From Zootoca vivipara (lineage: Eukaryota), in contig NC_083277.1 in NCBI RefSeq assembly GCF_963506605.1, forward strand, positions 54,064,001 through 54,128,000: DNA of 64,000 nt. Direction: 5' to 3'. The notes under the pieces were generated by a model. The model worked only from the letters and a program-made list of their open reading frames with translations, had not been told where the DNA came from and ran no database searches. Shown here piece after piece: positions 38,026 through 50,938 of the stretch. The position numbers and the translations under genes were made by a program. How positions within the stretch are numbered: position 1 is the first letter of the stretch; every line of letters begins with the position of its first letter.

Positions 38026-39001
38026 ATCTAAGGCTTACAGATAGTTCCCTCTCTGTGGGCCAAGAGCCCAGGCCCCACAGATAAGCATAGCATCAAAGCA
38101 ATTCAAATAGTCTATAACAAAGCAAGTCCATATATAGGTGTGAGCTCATTGTTGCAATAACTACCAATTAGTTTCAGGGTCATCTTGACTACCAAGATGG
38201 CATTCGCAGTCTCACCTTTGGTTCAACACCTGTGCTTTGCTGAGACTGCAAGTGGGAATGCAGTGCCCTATGCCAAAATACCTAAGGCATCACTGAAAAT
38301 GGGCCTAGTGATCTTGTCTAAAGCTTTTGTTATGTTAAAGGGTCATATTTCACTGGAAGACTCATTTAACAGAGAGAGGCTCAAAGTTTATTCTCCTAAA
38401 ACATCTAGGACTGCAAAGTTAGTAACAGGAGATGTTGCAAAGGATTGGTTTACTGTGACAGAGCTCATGTGTTGCATTTTGTAATGGAAAAACAGAAATG
38501 CTACACTATATGTCAGTATAAAGTGCACTGGCCAAACTCTGTCAAGACAATAATCAAAGACTGTAGTCACAGACATGTAAACTTCATGTGGATGGTCTTT
38601 CTAATTCACATCATAAGGTTTGGAAAAACACCATGAAGGGGATGAACATTAAAATGCAGGACTGAGACACCATCCTGTGTGTTATGCCAGGTAGAAGCTA
38701 TTCCTATCAGTTTAGGCCCTGTAAACCAATTATATTTAAGAGCAGAAGCGCCCTAGAGAGCTTAGATGCTTCAGAAGCCTATCGTGTTGGCTATATGCAG
38801 AGTGAGGCCTAAACCACCTGAAATCAGCTCTACAAAGTGCTGGACTATAAGTCTTACTTTCAAATGACTAACATCCTTTACTCGCACTCAAGACAGAATT
38901 TTGAATGAGTGTATATCTGCCCGTGTCTTAGTTTTTAATAAAACCTATGCACAGGTAATGGAGCATATTTAACAATACACCTATCATTGCATCCTACTTA
39001 C

Positions 39002-39128
39002 TTGATCCAGGTCTAGCCATCACAGCTACGAAGATGGTAAATCCAAGTGAGACAAGGTGCGCAGTAGCACCAAAGACAGCTCTGAGAGAGTGGTATATTC
39101 GAGATTCTGTTTCAACAGTCAGAGCCAT
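39002..39128 (-). CDS. CYB561D2: CYB561D2, first coding exon
   Basis: [42 protein letters not shown]|gtaagt; total CDS 127+38+504 = 669 nt = 222 aa. Confidence 0.94.
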
Positions 39129-41199
39129 GTCTTCTCCAGCACAGTTGACAGGATCTTGACCTTCCACCCTTCACCAGTTACCAGCTTCCTTTTTCTGTAT
39201 GCAGCATGTATCAGCTTCCCCAGCACATGAAGGGGAAACTAGAATGTTATTGTGCTGATGGGGGAAACATACTTTTCATACTTCTGTTAGTTATCTGAGA
39301 TAAAAAGACAGGCAAAGCTATTAACACCAAAAAAAATTGTCATAATATGGCACATGGCCCAGCAATAACTTTCAATGGTGAATCTTAAGGGCAAACTAAA
39401 GAAAAATCCTGGCTAGCAAAAGAAGACTTTGTTCCCCACCATCTGCCTGATTTATTAGCAATAGCAATGGGCTATTTCAGGAAGTCAGCTGAACTCTCCC
39501 CTTCATGCCCATTCTTTTTTCTCCCTTCCTCATTGTAACTGCAATGCCTGTGATAGTGTGGTACTAAAGGGAAACATTTGCCCATGCCACATTCTGCCTG
39601 CCATGTGCACAAAATGTGCTGTCTTAGCGCATCTTCTGCCCAGAATTAGTGCAAGTCTCCCACTCCCATGGTTGCTGCAGGGCAGACACCTTTCACCAGG
39701 GAGAAACAAGGACACACTGACAAACTACAAGTCAGTATAAAACACTACAAGAGTTACACCACTCTTATTACTGGTTTGCAAAGAAAGCCTGTTGAGTCAC
39801 AGACATGTTTCATTTTATGACAGCAAGTATTGATGCTGCAGCTCCATGAAGTAATGCTATTGAAACGTGGAGGCATTTGGCAAGCTAAGGCATAACCACA
39901 TTTTTCTTTATGTTCCTTATGGATTTCCCAAATTAAGATTAGAGCTCTTGAACAAATCTTCAGCCACCAGCACCAACTGAAACACCTAACAGATTCTCCC
40001 TGGTTCATGCAAAGCCTAATATGTAAACTGTAGTCCTATTCTGCTTCCTGGATTATCATCGATCAATCCAATTTATTATTGATTAAACACACCAGAAACC
40101 TGTGGCCAACTTGGGGGGGGGGGTTCCAGGTTTTTTTATGTGGCAATACAAGAGAACTGCAAACATCTTATGCGCACATGGGTTGCACATTCCTTTCTAC
40201 CCAGCACTGCTTTCTCTACATGAATTTTATCCCAGATGAAGCAACCCTGAGTGGAAAGCTGAAGTAAGGTCCGATCCCTGTTAATCCCTCCTTTGCACCC
40301 TCTACAGATCCACCTTCTTATTGGAATGACATCATAGGGTTAACCAGGGCCATACCTATTGGGGGGGTTGCCCCCCTAAAGTCCCCATCCTGTGTGTGCA
40401 AATACATGTGGAGGGCTGCCAAACTGGGTCTTTGACCCGAGTGAAATAAAGCCTAGTTTTACCCTTGGATTAACAAAGAATTGATATTGACACTGAAATT
40501 AAGCTCAAAGGGACCACAGCCACCTCAGAGATGTATTCACTTCTTTTCAAACACAGAATTATATTGTCAGTCAGAGTAACCACTCCCTTTTAAAAGAGAG
40601 TAAGAGAGAGAGAGCTTATCCAGTTTAGTGTATTTTATTTGAGCAGTAATTAAAACCACAGCCCACTTCAGGAGGAAAATACAGTATATTCACTCTCACC
40701 AGCATCCCTTTCTTTTAAACCTGCGGTCACAAACCAGCAGTTGTGTCGACTGATCCTGTTGTCTTAAGTATGAAATTGTGGTAGAGTCGCCATCGCTCAT
40801 TCATCTCCCCTCAGCAACCTGTTATTACAGAGTCTGATCCGGATCTCTTTCTGTGCATTATGAATGGCAGGGCGAGATTTAGTGTGCTTCCTGATTCTTC
40901 CCCACCCTATTCATTTGCGGAGGGAGGATACCCTTTCTGCCAAATTACAGGGGGGAACACCCACAGACCCTTCAGACCCCCGTTTAATATACGGTATGTT
41001 GCGTATATGCTTATGTAAATATTTATATATTCGATAGTCATTGGGAGGACCCAATATTCCCTAATCCAAAAGCACATTCTCCTCGGATAAGGCACCCGCC
41101 CCTCCTCCTAACTCTTCACAATGCGAGACCTTGAGGAGCAGGAGATTTCTGGGTTTCAGGTGCCGATTTGCCAAGATCGAAGATGCGGGTCACACAAAG

Positions 41200-42110
41200 G
41201 CATCCCCAGCAAGGCTTCAAGTCACAGGAACAGCCCCACCCACGACAGCTGTGCAAAAGGGGGCCGATCTCGACCCTCGCTGCCGCCCACCTTCCCACTG
41301 GGTTCGCATACTACACACCGAGTTCCTTAGTCCGAACATACACACACACCATGCCCAACAGTAGATCCCGGGGAGCGCAAATTTCACCCACCTGCTCGCA
41401 GATGAGCCGCATCGCAAGGGAGCAGGAACTCCGATAGCAGCGAAGGAAACAAGCGCCACCTTCTGATTGGGCAAGACCGAGACTGGCCTTCTAGGGCCCG
41501 CCTACCCTGACTGTCAACCTCCGCATCTGAGAGGCTGAGCCTCGCTGTCCATCACGGGCGACGTTCTGTCAAATGAAGCCTTCAACCTCGTGAGACACGT
41601 GACCACCTGGGCACGTTCTCCTCGACGGCACCTTTGTTTGGAATTGCCATTCGTTTTATCGGGAGTCAGAGAAATCTGTGTGCGCGCATCTACGGGACAG
41701 CCGTCTCGCCACTAGGCCAGATAAAACAGTGATGGCATGCGCATGCGCCATAACGTTTGTCTATCTCTCGCGCGCGCGCCCAGCTGTTTTGCGCCTGCGT
41801 TGAAAAGCCAAGCGTTCTCCCCGACTCCAACCATACGCGGGACTATAGTGTGCGCATGCGTGCTCTTGCTGCTCTCCTCCCTCGGTCGCCGGTGAGTGCG
41901 CTTTTCCTTCAGTGCTGTTCTTCGTTCACTTGGGGAGGAGGGAAGGGGTGCTTGCAGGCTGTTTCGCCAGTTTGTGCTAGAGTTCGTTGGGGAAATGTGT
42001 GTGCGAATGTAGCTCTTACTTCTCTGTTCTGTCCACTTAGCTATGAACGTGAGGCGTTTCCTGCACAGGAACATTTTTTCCAGTGTCTTTTGCCAGCCGG
42101 AAGTGCAACA
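41200..42110. promoter_or_regulatory. Bidirectional CpG-island promoter CYB561D2 (-) / NPRL2 (+)
   Basis: CpG-rich; CCAAT (ATTGG 41466-41470), E-box CACGTG ~41596, NRF1-like GCATGCGCATGCGC 41735-41748 and TGCGCATGCG ~41851, ETS CCGGAAGTG 42097-42105; putative non-coding exon donors at 41392 (minus, cag|gtgggt) and 41891 (plus, ccg|gtgagt). Confidence 0.8.
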
Positions 42111-42118
42111 GTTTAGAG

Positions 42119-42254
42119 CAGGCATCCCCAAACTTCGGCCCTCCAGATGTTTTGGACTACAATTCCCATCATCCCTGACCACTTGTCCTCTTAGCTAGGG
42201 ATCATGGGAGTTGTAGGCCAAAACATCTGGAGGGCTGCAGTTTGGGGATGCCTG
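42119..42254. mobile_element. Palindromic hAT MITE, copy 5
   Basis: Same family; imperfect TSD GTTTAGAG/ATTTAGAA. Confidence 0.88.
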
Positions 42255-42631
42255 ATTTAGAAGGAAAACTCAGCTAAGGAGAGTGAGGGGTTCAAAGCTC
42301 AGCCTGAGCTGAGCCATGGAAGCCCTCCTGAACTGAGGGGAGAGGGAAAGGAGAGCTTAGTTGCAGCAGGAAATCACACTGCTTGTCACTGTTCCTTTAT
42401 ATGTGGAAAAGCTTGCATAACTTAAACTCATGAATAAAAGTCCTCAGAGACTTATAAGAGCTATATGATGGGATGTTGTACATAACTGAGGGAGGCCTGG
42501 TTAGCAGCTACAAGAAGTCGTGCCCTTCCTGTGATCTTTCTGGATTTGTGGAGTTCCCTCCCTATTACAAATAACAATGCTTTAAATTATGAGGTATTTA
42601 CTTGGGAGTATCATCAGTTGTGTATACTTGA

Positions 42632-42862
<231 letters not shown>

Positions 42863-42941
42863 TGATTTATAAAAATATGTTTAGAGGATTTTCAAAGGAG
42901 TCCATAGATCTCATCTTGTGACTACTAATCTGCAGATTTAA

Positions 42942-43049
<108 letters not shown>

Positions 43050-43176
43050 TAAGTAGAAAAAATCCACATGAGTCTTGTAGACCACCCTTCCCCTTTAATC
43101 ATGCCCATCTGTGGCAAAGTAGCACAAAAGTATTATATTTAATAACATTAAAATACATTCTTTCTCTTTCTAACAG

Positions 43177-43345
43177 TACAGCTATGGGGAAAAAGCTAAT
43201 TGGTTGTCCAGTTTGCATTGAGCATAAGAAGTACAGCCGGAATGCCTTGCTCTTCAACCTTGGCTTTGTTTGTGATGCTAGAGCTAAGACTTGTGCACTG
43301 GAGCCTATAGTGAAGAAACTGGCAGGTTATCTTACCACTCTAGAG
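43177..43345 (+). CDS. NPRL2: NPRL2 coding exon 3
   Basis: [33 protein letters not shown]...[11 protein letters not shown]|gttaga. Confidence 0.95.
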
Positions 43346-43686
43346 GTTAGACATAACACAAATATGCCACTCCACAAGAGGATGTACAGATCACATATTT
43401 TAGCAACATGAAAGCTTAATTTTAAGTCTCCTCTACTTTGTTTTATTGTTGTGTTTACTTTCTTTGTTCTGCTGAATTGCACCTGCTGAACTCTGAAATG
43501 GACCGCCCAGATGTGCAACTAGTGCTACTGTGATAGATGTGTGTGACTGTCACAGATACCTGTTGGATAGTACCTGTGACATCACTGATGACCTGGCAGA
43601 GCACTCTCCCTGTTCTTTCTTTGGGTACAGTGGAGCTGCTTTTGAAGAGTTTATATATCATCTTTAAGGTTGGTAAAGTGTGAATA

Positions 43687-43922
43687 CAGTGGTACCTCTA
43701 GTTACAAACTTAATTTGTTCTGGAAGTCCATTCTTAACCTGAAACTGTTCTTAACTATAGGCGTGCTTTCACTAATGGAGCCTCTTGCTGCCGCTGCACC
43801 GCCAGCACGTGATTTCCGTTCTCATCCTGGGGCAAAGTTCTCAAGGTAACTCTTCCAGGTTAGCGGAGTTTGTAACCTGAAGCATTTGTAACCTGAGGCG
43901 TTTGTAACTCGAGGTACCACTG
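43687..43922. mobile_element. Tc1/pogo-like MITE
   Basis: TIR CAGTGGTACCTCTAGTTACAAAC / GTTTGTAACTCGAGGTACCACTG, TA TSD. Confidence 0.87.
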
Positions 43923-44455
43923 TATTTACGTACTTTACCACAAGAGTATTTCTGACATCTTCTGAGAAGAAATGGTGCAATTATCTAATTCTTTGCAACA
44001 GTGTTCTGCCATGTGATGTTTTTTCAAATTAAAAAAAAAATTCAGTGATACATACTTTCTCCCTTCCAACCAGTCTCAAAACACACATCTCCTGTTTATT
44101 TGCCTATTTGCTTCAAGAAGCATATAGCCTTTTCTCATGTTTCAAGGCCAGCAGGAATCTCTTCCTATCCACCTTATTACATTTGTTCCACTTTGTTAAA
44201 TTTATAACAATATCGCACAACTGCTGTAGGATTGTTACTGATCCTGCAGTTGCACTAATGGCGAAGTTTCTCCCATTACTGCACAAAAAGGTGTGGGTAT
44301 GTTTGTTTACACACACATATATACATACACATTCCCCATGAAAGATTTTTATTTAGTATGGGATACTTTCAGCACACACTACTACCTCTGCTTCTCATGG
44401 TATATTTAAAGTTGAATTTTGGTTGGGGCTAATCATCGACTTTCTTCTTTCCTAG

Positions 44456-44564
44456 CTTGAGAGTGGCTTCATTTCCACTGATGAGAGCAAACAGAAGTTG
44501 ATACCCATCATGACCATCCTACTTGAGGAACTAAATGCCACTGGCAAATGCACTCTTCCTATAG
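44456..44564 (+). CDS. NPRL2: NPRL2 coding exon 4
   Basis: [36 protein letters not shown]|gtaatt. Confidence 0.95.
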
Positions 44565-45504
44565 GTAATTGTCAACCAAAAAGTAGCAGCAAATGCTCCT
44601 TTTCAAGTTGCATGTTATGTTGCAAGCTTGCAAGTGATTCTTGGAGGAAATGCAGGTAAAGTTGGAAGTATGGCACTTTCAGAGCAGGAGAGCACTTAGT
44701 GTTGTGTTGCACTCTTTTTTCCTCCGGTTATTGAATGATAGAAATAGTCTAGTTGCTGTAGAATGTGGCGTATTTCAGGAATGGGGGGGGGGGTAAATGA
44801 ATATTAAATCCTACATTGATGCCCTTGAGTTTCATTTCTGTTAGCTTCAAGAGAATGGCACAAATGTCCATTGAAAGTTGGACTTTCAAGCAAGTTCTTC
44901 CTGTCATAGATGAATTATTTCTGATGTTCAGACGCCTTATTTTCCTGTCAGCTGTTGTCTGGCTCTCATGACCAAGAGTGCAAACAAAGAGAAGTTGTTG
45001 GTTCAATTAATCTGGATTAGCTCATTGTGCTAATTTCATCAGGCTCCCCCTTCCTGTTTCAGGCATGCAACCCTGTCTGCTTCTAGGGACCCTTTTGCTC
45101 CCACCATCTGATGACTTTGCAATTGGGAACCAAGCAACAAACTCGAGTTCAGACTTCAAAAGATTTAGCTAAGATGTTTTGGTTTACATTTCTTACATTT
45201 ATTTCATTAAATTTATATTCTGACATCATCCCAAAAGAGCCCAGAGTGGCTCAGGGACATTGTTCCAATTTGTATGCTCTCGGGGTGGAACCATCCCAGT
45301 TGTGCTGTATTTCAAAAGCCGCAGCATCAAAGTGCAGTGCAGAGGTCCATGTGTTCCAGTTGCAGCTGTCCTATCAACCAGTGTTAAGATTCAGCTGCCA
45401 CCTCAATGAACATAGAATGGGGGGGGCATTTTGTCCTTTGCTTCAGGCAGCAAAACATCTTCAGAAGTCCCTAGCTCTCTGTCCTCTTTTGCTCCTTTAT
45501 GCAG

Positions 45505-45638
45505 ATGAATCAAACACCATTCACCTGAAAGTGATTGAGCAACGCCCAGATCCCCCCATTGTGCAGGAATATGACGTTCCTGTCTTCACCCAAGACAAGG
45601 ATGACTTCAATTCCCAGTGGGATCTCACCACTCAGCAG
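45505..45638 (+). CDS. NPRL2: NPRL2 coding exon 5
   Basis: [45 protein letters not shown]|gttggt. Confidence 0.95.
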
Positions 45639-45675
45639 GTTGGTGCCCACAATTGTCTTGTTTAATACAATAGTG

Positions 45676-45811
45676 CAGGCATCCCCAAACTTCGGCCCTC
45701 CAGATGTTTTGGATTACAATTCCCATTTTCCCCAACCACTGGTCCTGTTAGTTAGGGATCATGGGAGTTGTAGGCCAAAACATCTGGAGGGCTGCAGTTT
45801 GGGGATGCCTG
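45676..45811. mobile_element. Palindromic hAT MITE, copy 6
   Basis: Perfect TSD CAATAGTG. Confidence 0.92.
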
Positions 45812-46303
45812 CAATAGTGTGATGGTAGCAAAGCCCCCCCCCCTCCCCAGCTAATTAACCTTGCCTGGCCATAGAATTTCATGGGAGAGGCTGGCCATTA
45901 AAGCCAATTGGCAAATTATCACAAGAAATATGTGATTTTTAGGCAGCCTGATCCTGTGCAAGTCTTCTGAGAGGAAATGTGTTTCTGTAATGTGTGCCCG
46001 TTTTTCTTTCCCTTTAACATGTTACTCTTATACTTACTGATTCATTTTTCTCAATGAGCACTGAATGGTACACATGAGAAGATTATTCCCCAGAATTTAA
46101 CAATGAGAGGAGCCTCCAGTATCAAACTTTGTAGAATCTGAAACACTAGTTCACAGATGACTTCAAATACTGCTGAAATGTACTTGTATAGTTGGGTTTG
46201 TGTTACTGCCACTTTAATAGCTGCTTTCTTTTGTCTTGTTGCTTGGAGAATGGACAGGAACACACTTCTCTCATATAGTACACCTTAGCAAACAGTCCTC
46301 TAA

Positions 46304-46672
46304 GGGGACACGGGTGGCGCTGTGGTCTAAACCACTGAGCCTCTTGGGCTTGCCAATCAGAAGGTTGGTGGTTCAAATCCCCATGACAGGGTGAGCTCCC
46401 ATTGCTCGATCCCAGCTCCTGCCAACCTAGCAGTTCAAAAGCACGGCAAAAGTGCAAGCAGATAAATAGATACCGCTCCGGCGGGAAGCTAAATGGCGTT
46501 TCTGTGTGCTGCTCTGGTTTCGGTGTTCTGTTGCACCAGAAGCGGCTTAGTCATGCTGGCCACATGACCCGGACAACGCCAGTTCCCTCGGTCTGTAAAG
46601 TGAGATGAGCTCCACAACCCCAGATTTGTTTGTGACCGGACTTAACTGTCAGGATCCTTTACCTTTACCTTT
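46304..46672 (+). mobile_element. Sauria SINE
   Basis: GGGGACACGGGTGGCGCTGTGGTCTAAACC head, (ACCTTT)n tail; homologous to 23280-23640. Confidence 0.9.
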
Positions 46673-47039
46673 ACGTATGGTCAGTTTAAAGCAGCATTAC
46701 CCCTATGGTTGATACTCAGGGGGTGAATGAAGACCTAGGGGTCAAAAAGAAGTTTGAGGTATAGTGGGGAGGGGAATAATTAAGAACTCTTAAGATTCAG
46801 AAGTAAAGGGTATGGGCATGTACAGAGTGCACCTCCCTCGCCAGTGAGGAATATCTGTATTTAATCAGAGATTTGTTTTTTTAATTATTTTGAATAGAAT
46901 TTGGGTTGAGGCCAATGACAACTTTATAAGCTCATTATGGTGTCAGTAAAGTTTGGGAAATGCTGGTTTATAAAGGGAAAGGGATAATGAGATGCAGGCA
47001 AACATTCTTAAATGCTTAATGTTCACACATGTTTAATAC

Positions 47040-47205
47040 TGTCCAGTAGCACCTTAGAGACCAACTAAGTTTGTTCTTGCTATAAGCTTTCGTGTGCATG
47101 CGCACGAAAGCTTATGCCAAGAACAAACTTAGTTGTTCTCTAAGGTGCTACTGGACAATTTTTTTTATATACCAGTATTTCGACTGTGTCAGACCTACAC
47201 AGCTA
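47040..47205. mobile_element. Penelope-like element remnant forming a 59-bp-arm palindrome
   Basis: TGTCCAGTAGCACCTTAGAGACCAACTAAG...GTGTGCA|TGCGCAC...CTAAGGTGCTACTGGACA, 4 mismatches; family assignment from recalled squamate Penelope pLTR sequence. Confidence 0.7.
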
Positions 47206-47415
47206 CCTACCTACTTTACTGCTTTACTGCTTCCCCTGGTTCTGACCTGGATACTGAAAGTGAAGTTTTTTTGAGTTCAGATGTCACTTGAGCCTTCTAC
47301 ATTTATGTCAATTCTGAGATTATCTTGCCTTGTCTTCCTAGTTGTGTGAAAAGTGTGCCTTGTGCATGTACATCCCTGCTTAGCCTTGCATTACATGCCT
47401 ATGCTCTCTTCCAAG

Positions 47416-47513
47416 ATCTTGCCATACATTGATGGTTTTCGGCATGTTCAGAAAATCTCAGCTGAGGCAGACGTGGAGCTCAATTTGGTTCGAATTGCTG
47501 TCCAGAACCTCTT
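47416..47513 (+). CDS. NPRL2: NPRL2 coding exon 6
   Basis: [32 protein letters not shown](L)|gtaagt. Confidence 0.95.
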
Positions 47514-47687
47514 GTAAGTACCGGGTGCCAAAGGGAGAACAAGGCATTAGCTTGATTGCAAACCAGTTGGGATTTTTAGATTCAATAGATTTCAGCCCTG
47601 TTGTTTTCCTGTCCTCCACTTCTTTTAGCTCTCTCTTTGCTCTACCACTTCTTACTTTGTCTGCAATTCAAGCACAATCATCTAAAG

Positions 47688-47825
47688 CAGTGTTTCCCAA
47701 CCAGTGTGCCTCCAGATGTTTTGGGACTACAACTCCCATCATCCCTAGCTAGCAAGACCAGTGGTCAGGAATGATGGGAGTTGTAGTCCCAAAACATCTG
47801 GAGGCACACTGGTTGGGAAAAACTG
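47688..47825. mobile_element. Palindromic hAT MITE, copy 7 (TIR variant CAGTGTTTCCCAACC)
   Basis: Perfect TSD ATCTAAAG; same core as copies 1-6. Confidence 0.9.
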
Positions 47826-48458
47826 ATCTAAAGCAAAAAGGCAAACAAACAAACCCTGGATTCAGAGCTAAACTAGATACTAAATGTTTTACTCAGAACT
47901 TGAAGCGTGTTAGCGTGTGTGTGTGTGTGTGCACATGTAGGCATGAAGTGTAAAATGTGGAAATTTGGAGAATCCTGTGCCTGGTGTCAATTAACTTTAA
48001 ATAATGAACTGATGTCCTTTAGGGTGCAGCATTTAGAGTCACATATTTTGGACTCTCATATATTTTTCACACATGCAAGTCACTACTTGTTCGACTGCAC
48101 TGTGGAAACTTGTGCCTTTCCCACACTTGTCTGTGATTGGGGGGGGGGAGGGTCTTTCATGTCAAGAAGCATAGTGAATACCAGCCAAGCAGAAATCCCA
48201 GCACCTGTCTTAGAAAGTAACTGTTGTTTATTTTTAGGAATACAGAAATTTTGCAGGATGCACTTAACACTATGTTAGCTAAAGCTAACCTTTCCTGCAT
48301 GTTAAGCATCTATCCTGTCCTAATGCCTTCAGTAATACTATAGGATCTGTATGGAAATGATATCAAATACATTCTTTGCACTACTGTATACTTTTGCACT
48401 CTTTTGGTGCATGAAGTTTTAGTATGGGTTTATTTCTAATGGCTATCATGTTTTTCAG

Positions 48459-48495
48459 ATACTATGGAGTAGTGACTCTAGTTTCCATACTTCAG
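48459..48495 (+). CDS. NPRL2: NPRL2 coding exon 7
   Basis: YYGVVTLVSILQ|gtgagt. Confidence 0.93.
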
Positions 48496-48573
48496 GTGAG
48501 TTTAGTGGGTAAATGGCTCAACATGATTGAGTTGATTTTAAGCAATGGGGTGTCTAGTTCATAAATGCACATA

Positions 48574-48817
48574 CAGTAGAACCTCTACTTACAACCGCCT
48601 CCACTCGCAGACGTTCCAAGTTGCGACCATGGCAAACTTGGAAGTAACTAACGGTTTTTCCGCTGTTTGTGCATGTGCAGGAGCGGCAATCGCCGTTCAC
48701 GAATGCGCAGGAGCGGGAAATCGCCGCCTGCGCACAACAGCGCCTCTCCCAGCAACCCGTTTCGCCATAAGGATGGGCCTCCGGAACAGATTGTGGTCGT
48801 GAGTAGAGGTTCCACTG
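48574..48817. mobile_element. Tc1/pogo-like MITE
   Basis: TIR CAGTAGAACCTCTACT / AGTAGAGGTTCCACTG, TA TSD. Confidence 0.82.
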
Positions 48818-49025
48818 TATAGCGTATTCTGCATTAGAAAGTTTCCCTTGTTTGCTTTACGCAATTTTCCTAAGTAATCTTAATTTTCACATCCTTCAGC
48901 CCAGGCATGTTCATTATTTGACACTGCGTACTACTGATGGGATGTGTTTGTCAAGCAATCACTATGAATCCCAATGGGTACCGAAATGATTTAAGTGTAT
49001 TGAGATTTCTCACTTTCTTCCTCAG

Positions 49026-49119
49026 TACTCAAATGTATATTGTACCACACCTAAAGTCCAGGATCTGGTGGATGACAAATGTCTTCAAGATGAATGCCTC
49101 TCTTATGTCACAAAACCAG
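49026..49119 (+). CDS. NPRL2: NPRL2 coding exon 8
   Basis: [31 protein letters not shown]|gtatga. Confidence 0.95.
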
Positions 49120-49505
49120 GTATGAAAGATGCATAAGGATTGCTGTAGTCTAGAGTTATCAGTCACAATCTTGTAGTTATCCTCATCCAGCAGCATCCCA
49201 GCTCTTTCTTCTGTTAATATACTTCTGGTATATTAACACTTATTTGTACAACGAGGCCCCTTCCTGAGATGTTTTGCTATATAGATCTATTTAATTGTTA
49301 ACATTGGCAGTTCAATGGACTACATTTGGCAGCATTTATGAATCTGCATTCATCCTGGCTGGATATTTTGTGCGCTATTTGTAGCCCCTGTAGTTATTTG
49401 GCTTCACTTAGTACATTTCATATTTTCTGTTACACTCTTTGTCATATATTTGTATATATTGATCATGAGTGTCCTCCAGTTGCAAATGATATTTGAAATA
49501 CATTT

Positions 49506-49790
49506 AGGTAAAGGGACCCCTGACCATTAGGTCCAGTCGTGACCGACTCTGGGGTTGCTGCGCTCATCTCGCATTATTGGCCGAGGGAGCCGGCATACAG
49601 CTTCCAGGTCATGTGGCCAGCATGACAAAGCCGCTTCTGGTGAACCAGAGCAGCACACAGAAACATCGTTTACCTTCCCGCTGTAGTGGTACCTGTTTAT
49701 CTACTTGTACTTTGACGTGCTTTTGAACTGCTAGGTTGGCAGGAGCAGGGACCGAGCGACAGGAGCTCACCCCGTCGCGGGGATTTGAAA
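49506..49790 (-). mobile_element. Sauria SINE, 5'-truncated, antisense
   Basis: Reverse complement of 23280/46304 copies; 17-bp duplication ATTTGAAATACATTTAG at 49491-49507 and 49783-49799. Confidence 0.88.
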
Positions 49791-49866
49791 TACATTTAGC
49801 TGGGTGTATTTAATTAGGATATACATAACCGTGATCAATACATTTTCTTGTATTATTTTTGGATAG

Positions 49867-49984
49867 GTCACAAGCGAGCCAGTTTGAGAGACATTTTCCA
49901 GCTCTACTGTGGGCTGAGCCCTGGCACAACTGTACGAGATCTCATTTGCCGCTACACCCTACAGCTCCAGAGAGTGGATGAAAG
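49867..49984 (+). CDS. NPRL2: NPRL2 coding exon 9
   Basis: [39 protein letters not shown](R)|gttgga. Confidence 0.95.
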
Positions 49985-50736
49985 GTTGGAGGGTGGCTTG
50001 TTTTATATTATTTTTACACATAAGAATTACTCTTCAAGTCATACTACCTAGCTGTAACCTCCTTAGCTACCGTTTTCAGATGGCTAAAAGAGGAGACCAT
50101 GATTTGGCTAAAATTGGAAAGAATCAGAGGGTAGGGCTCATGAAATACCTTAAGTACCCTCACCGTTCCCCCTGTAATTGGAACACTGCCTACTCTGCCA
50201 ATTACAAAAATACAAAAAGTAATGCTCAGTACAGCAAGTGACAGAATGAGCCACTTACTCATTCTCAGAGACTTTTCTAGGTCTCCTGTAGAGATCATAG
50301 GAATTGTTCCTGAAAAGAACAAATATAATTTTTGCCATCTTAACAGCAAAGTTTTACATTCTTTAAATAGGGCTTAATGCTTTTTCTGATATAAATATTG
50401 CATCTGCTCTGTTACTTTAATGCCTAAATTGCAAACAGGTTTGTTTGCCTATTAGACCCAAATCCATGAGTTCTGTTAAGAGTTTGAACTGTATCACCTG
50501 CATATTATTTTTTTCTTCATTTCTGATATATATCTCTTTAATATTTTTGTTAATTCTAATTTTGACCACAAGTTACTCCATTGTGAAAGAGCTGAGAGAG
50601 AGCACTCCTGTTTAGTCCCCAGAGAATTCATGCTTTGGACATCATGCCATTTACACAAACTTTGGCTATATAAATAACTTTAATTTATGTAATAAATCTA
50701 TGTCCTTTCCTTGAATGTTTTAGTTCTCTCTTTCAG

Positions 50737-50879
50737 GAAGCTCGTCCAGTTTGGCCTGATGAAGGGCCTTATTCGACGGCTCCAGAAGTATCCTGTGAAA
50801 GTAGCCCGGGATGAAAGAAGTCATCCAGCCAGACTGTACACAGGTTGTCATAGCTATGATGAAATCTGCTGTAAAACAG
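50737..50879 (+). CDS. NPRL2: NPRL2 coding exon 10
   Basis: [47 protein letters not shown]|gtaagg. Confidence 0.95.
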
Positions 50880-50938
50880 GTAAGGAATCATCCATCTACA
50901 CCTATCCATCCAGCAGTGAAACCGCACATAGTTTACAG

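Noticed and set aside
45111-45504. N-terminal part of the 184-aa ORF upstream of NPRL2 exon 5
   Set aside because: Intronic open frame; homology begins only at the acceptor before 45505.
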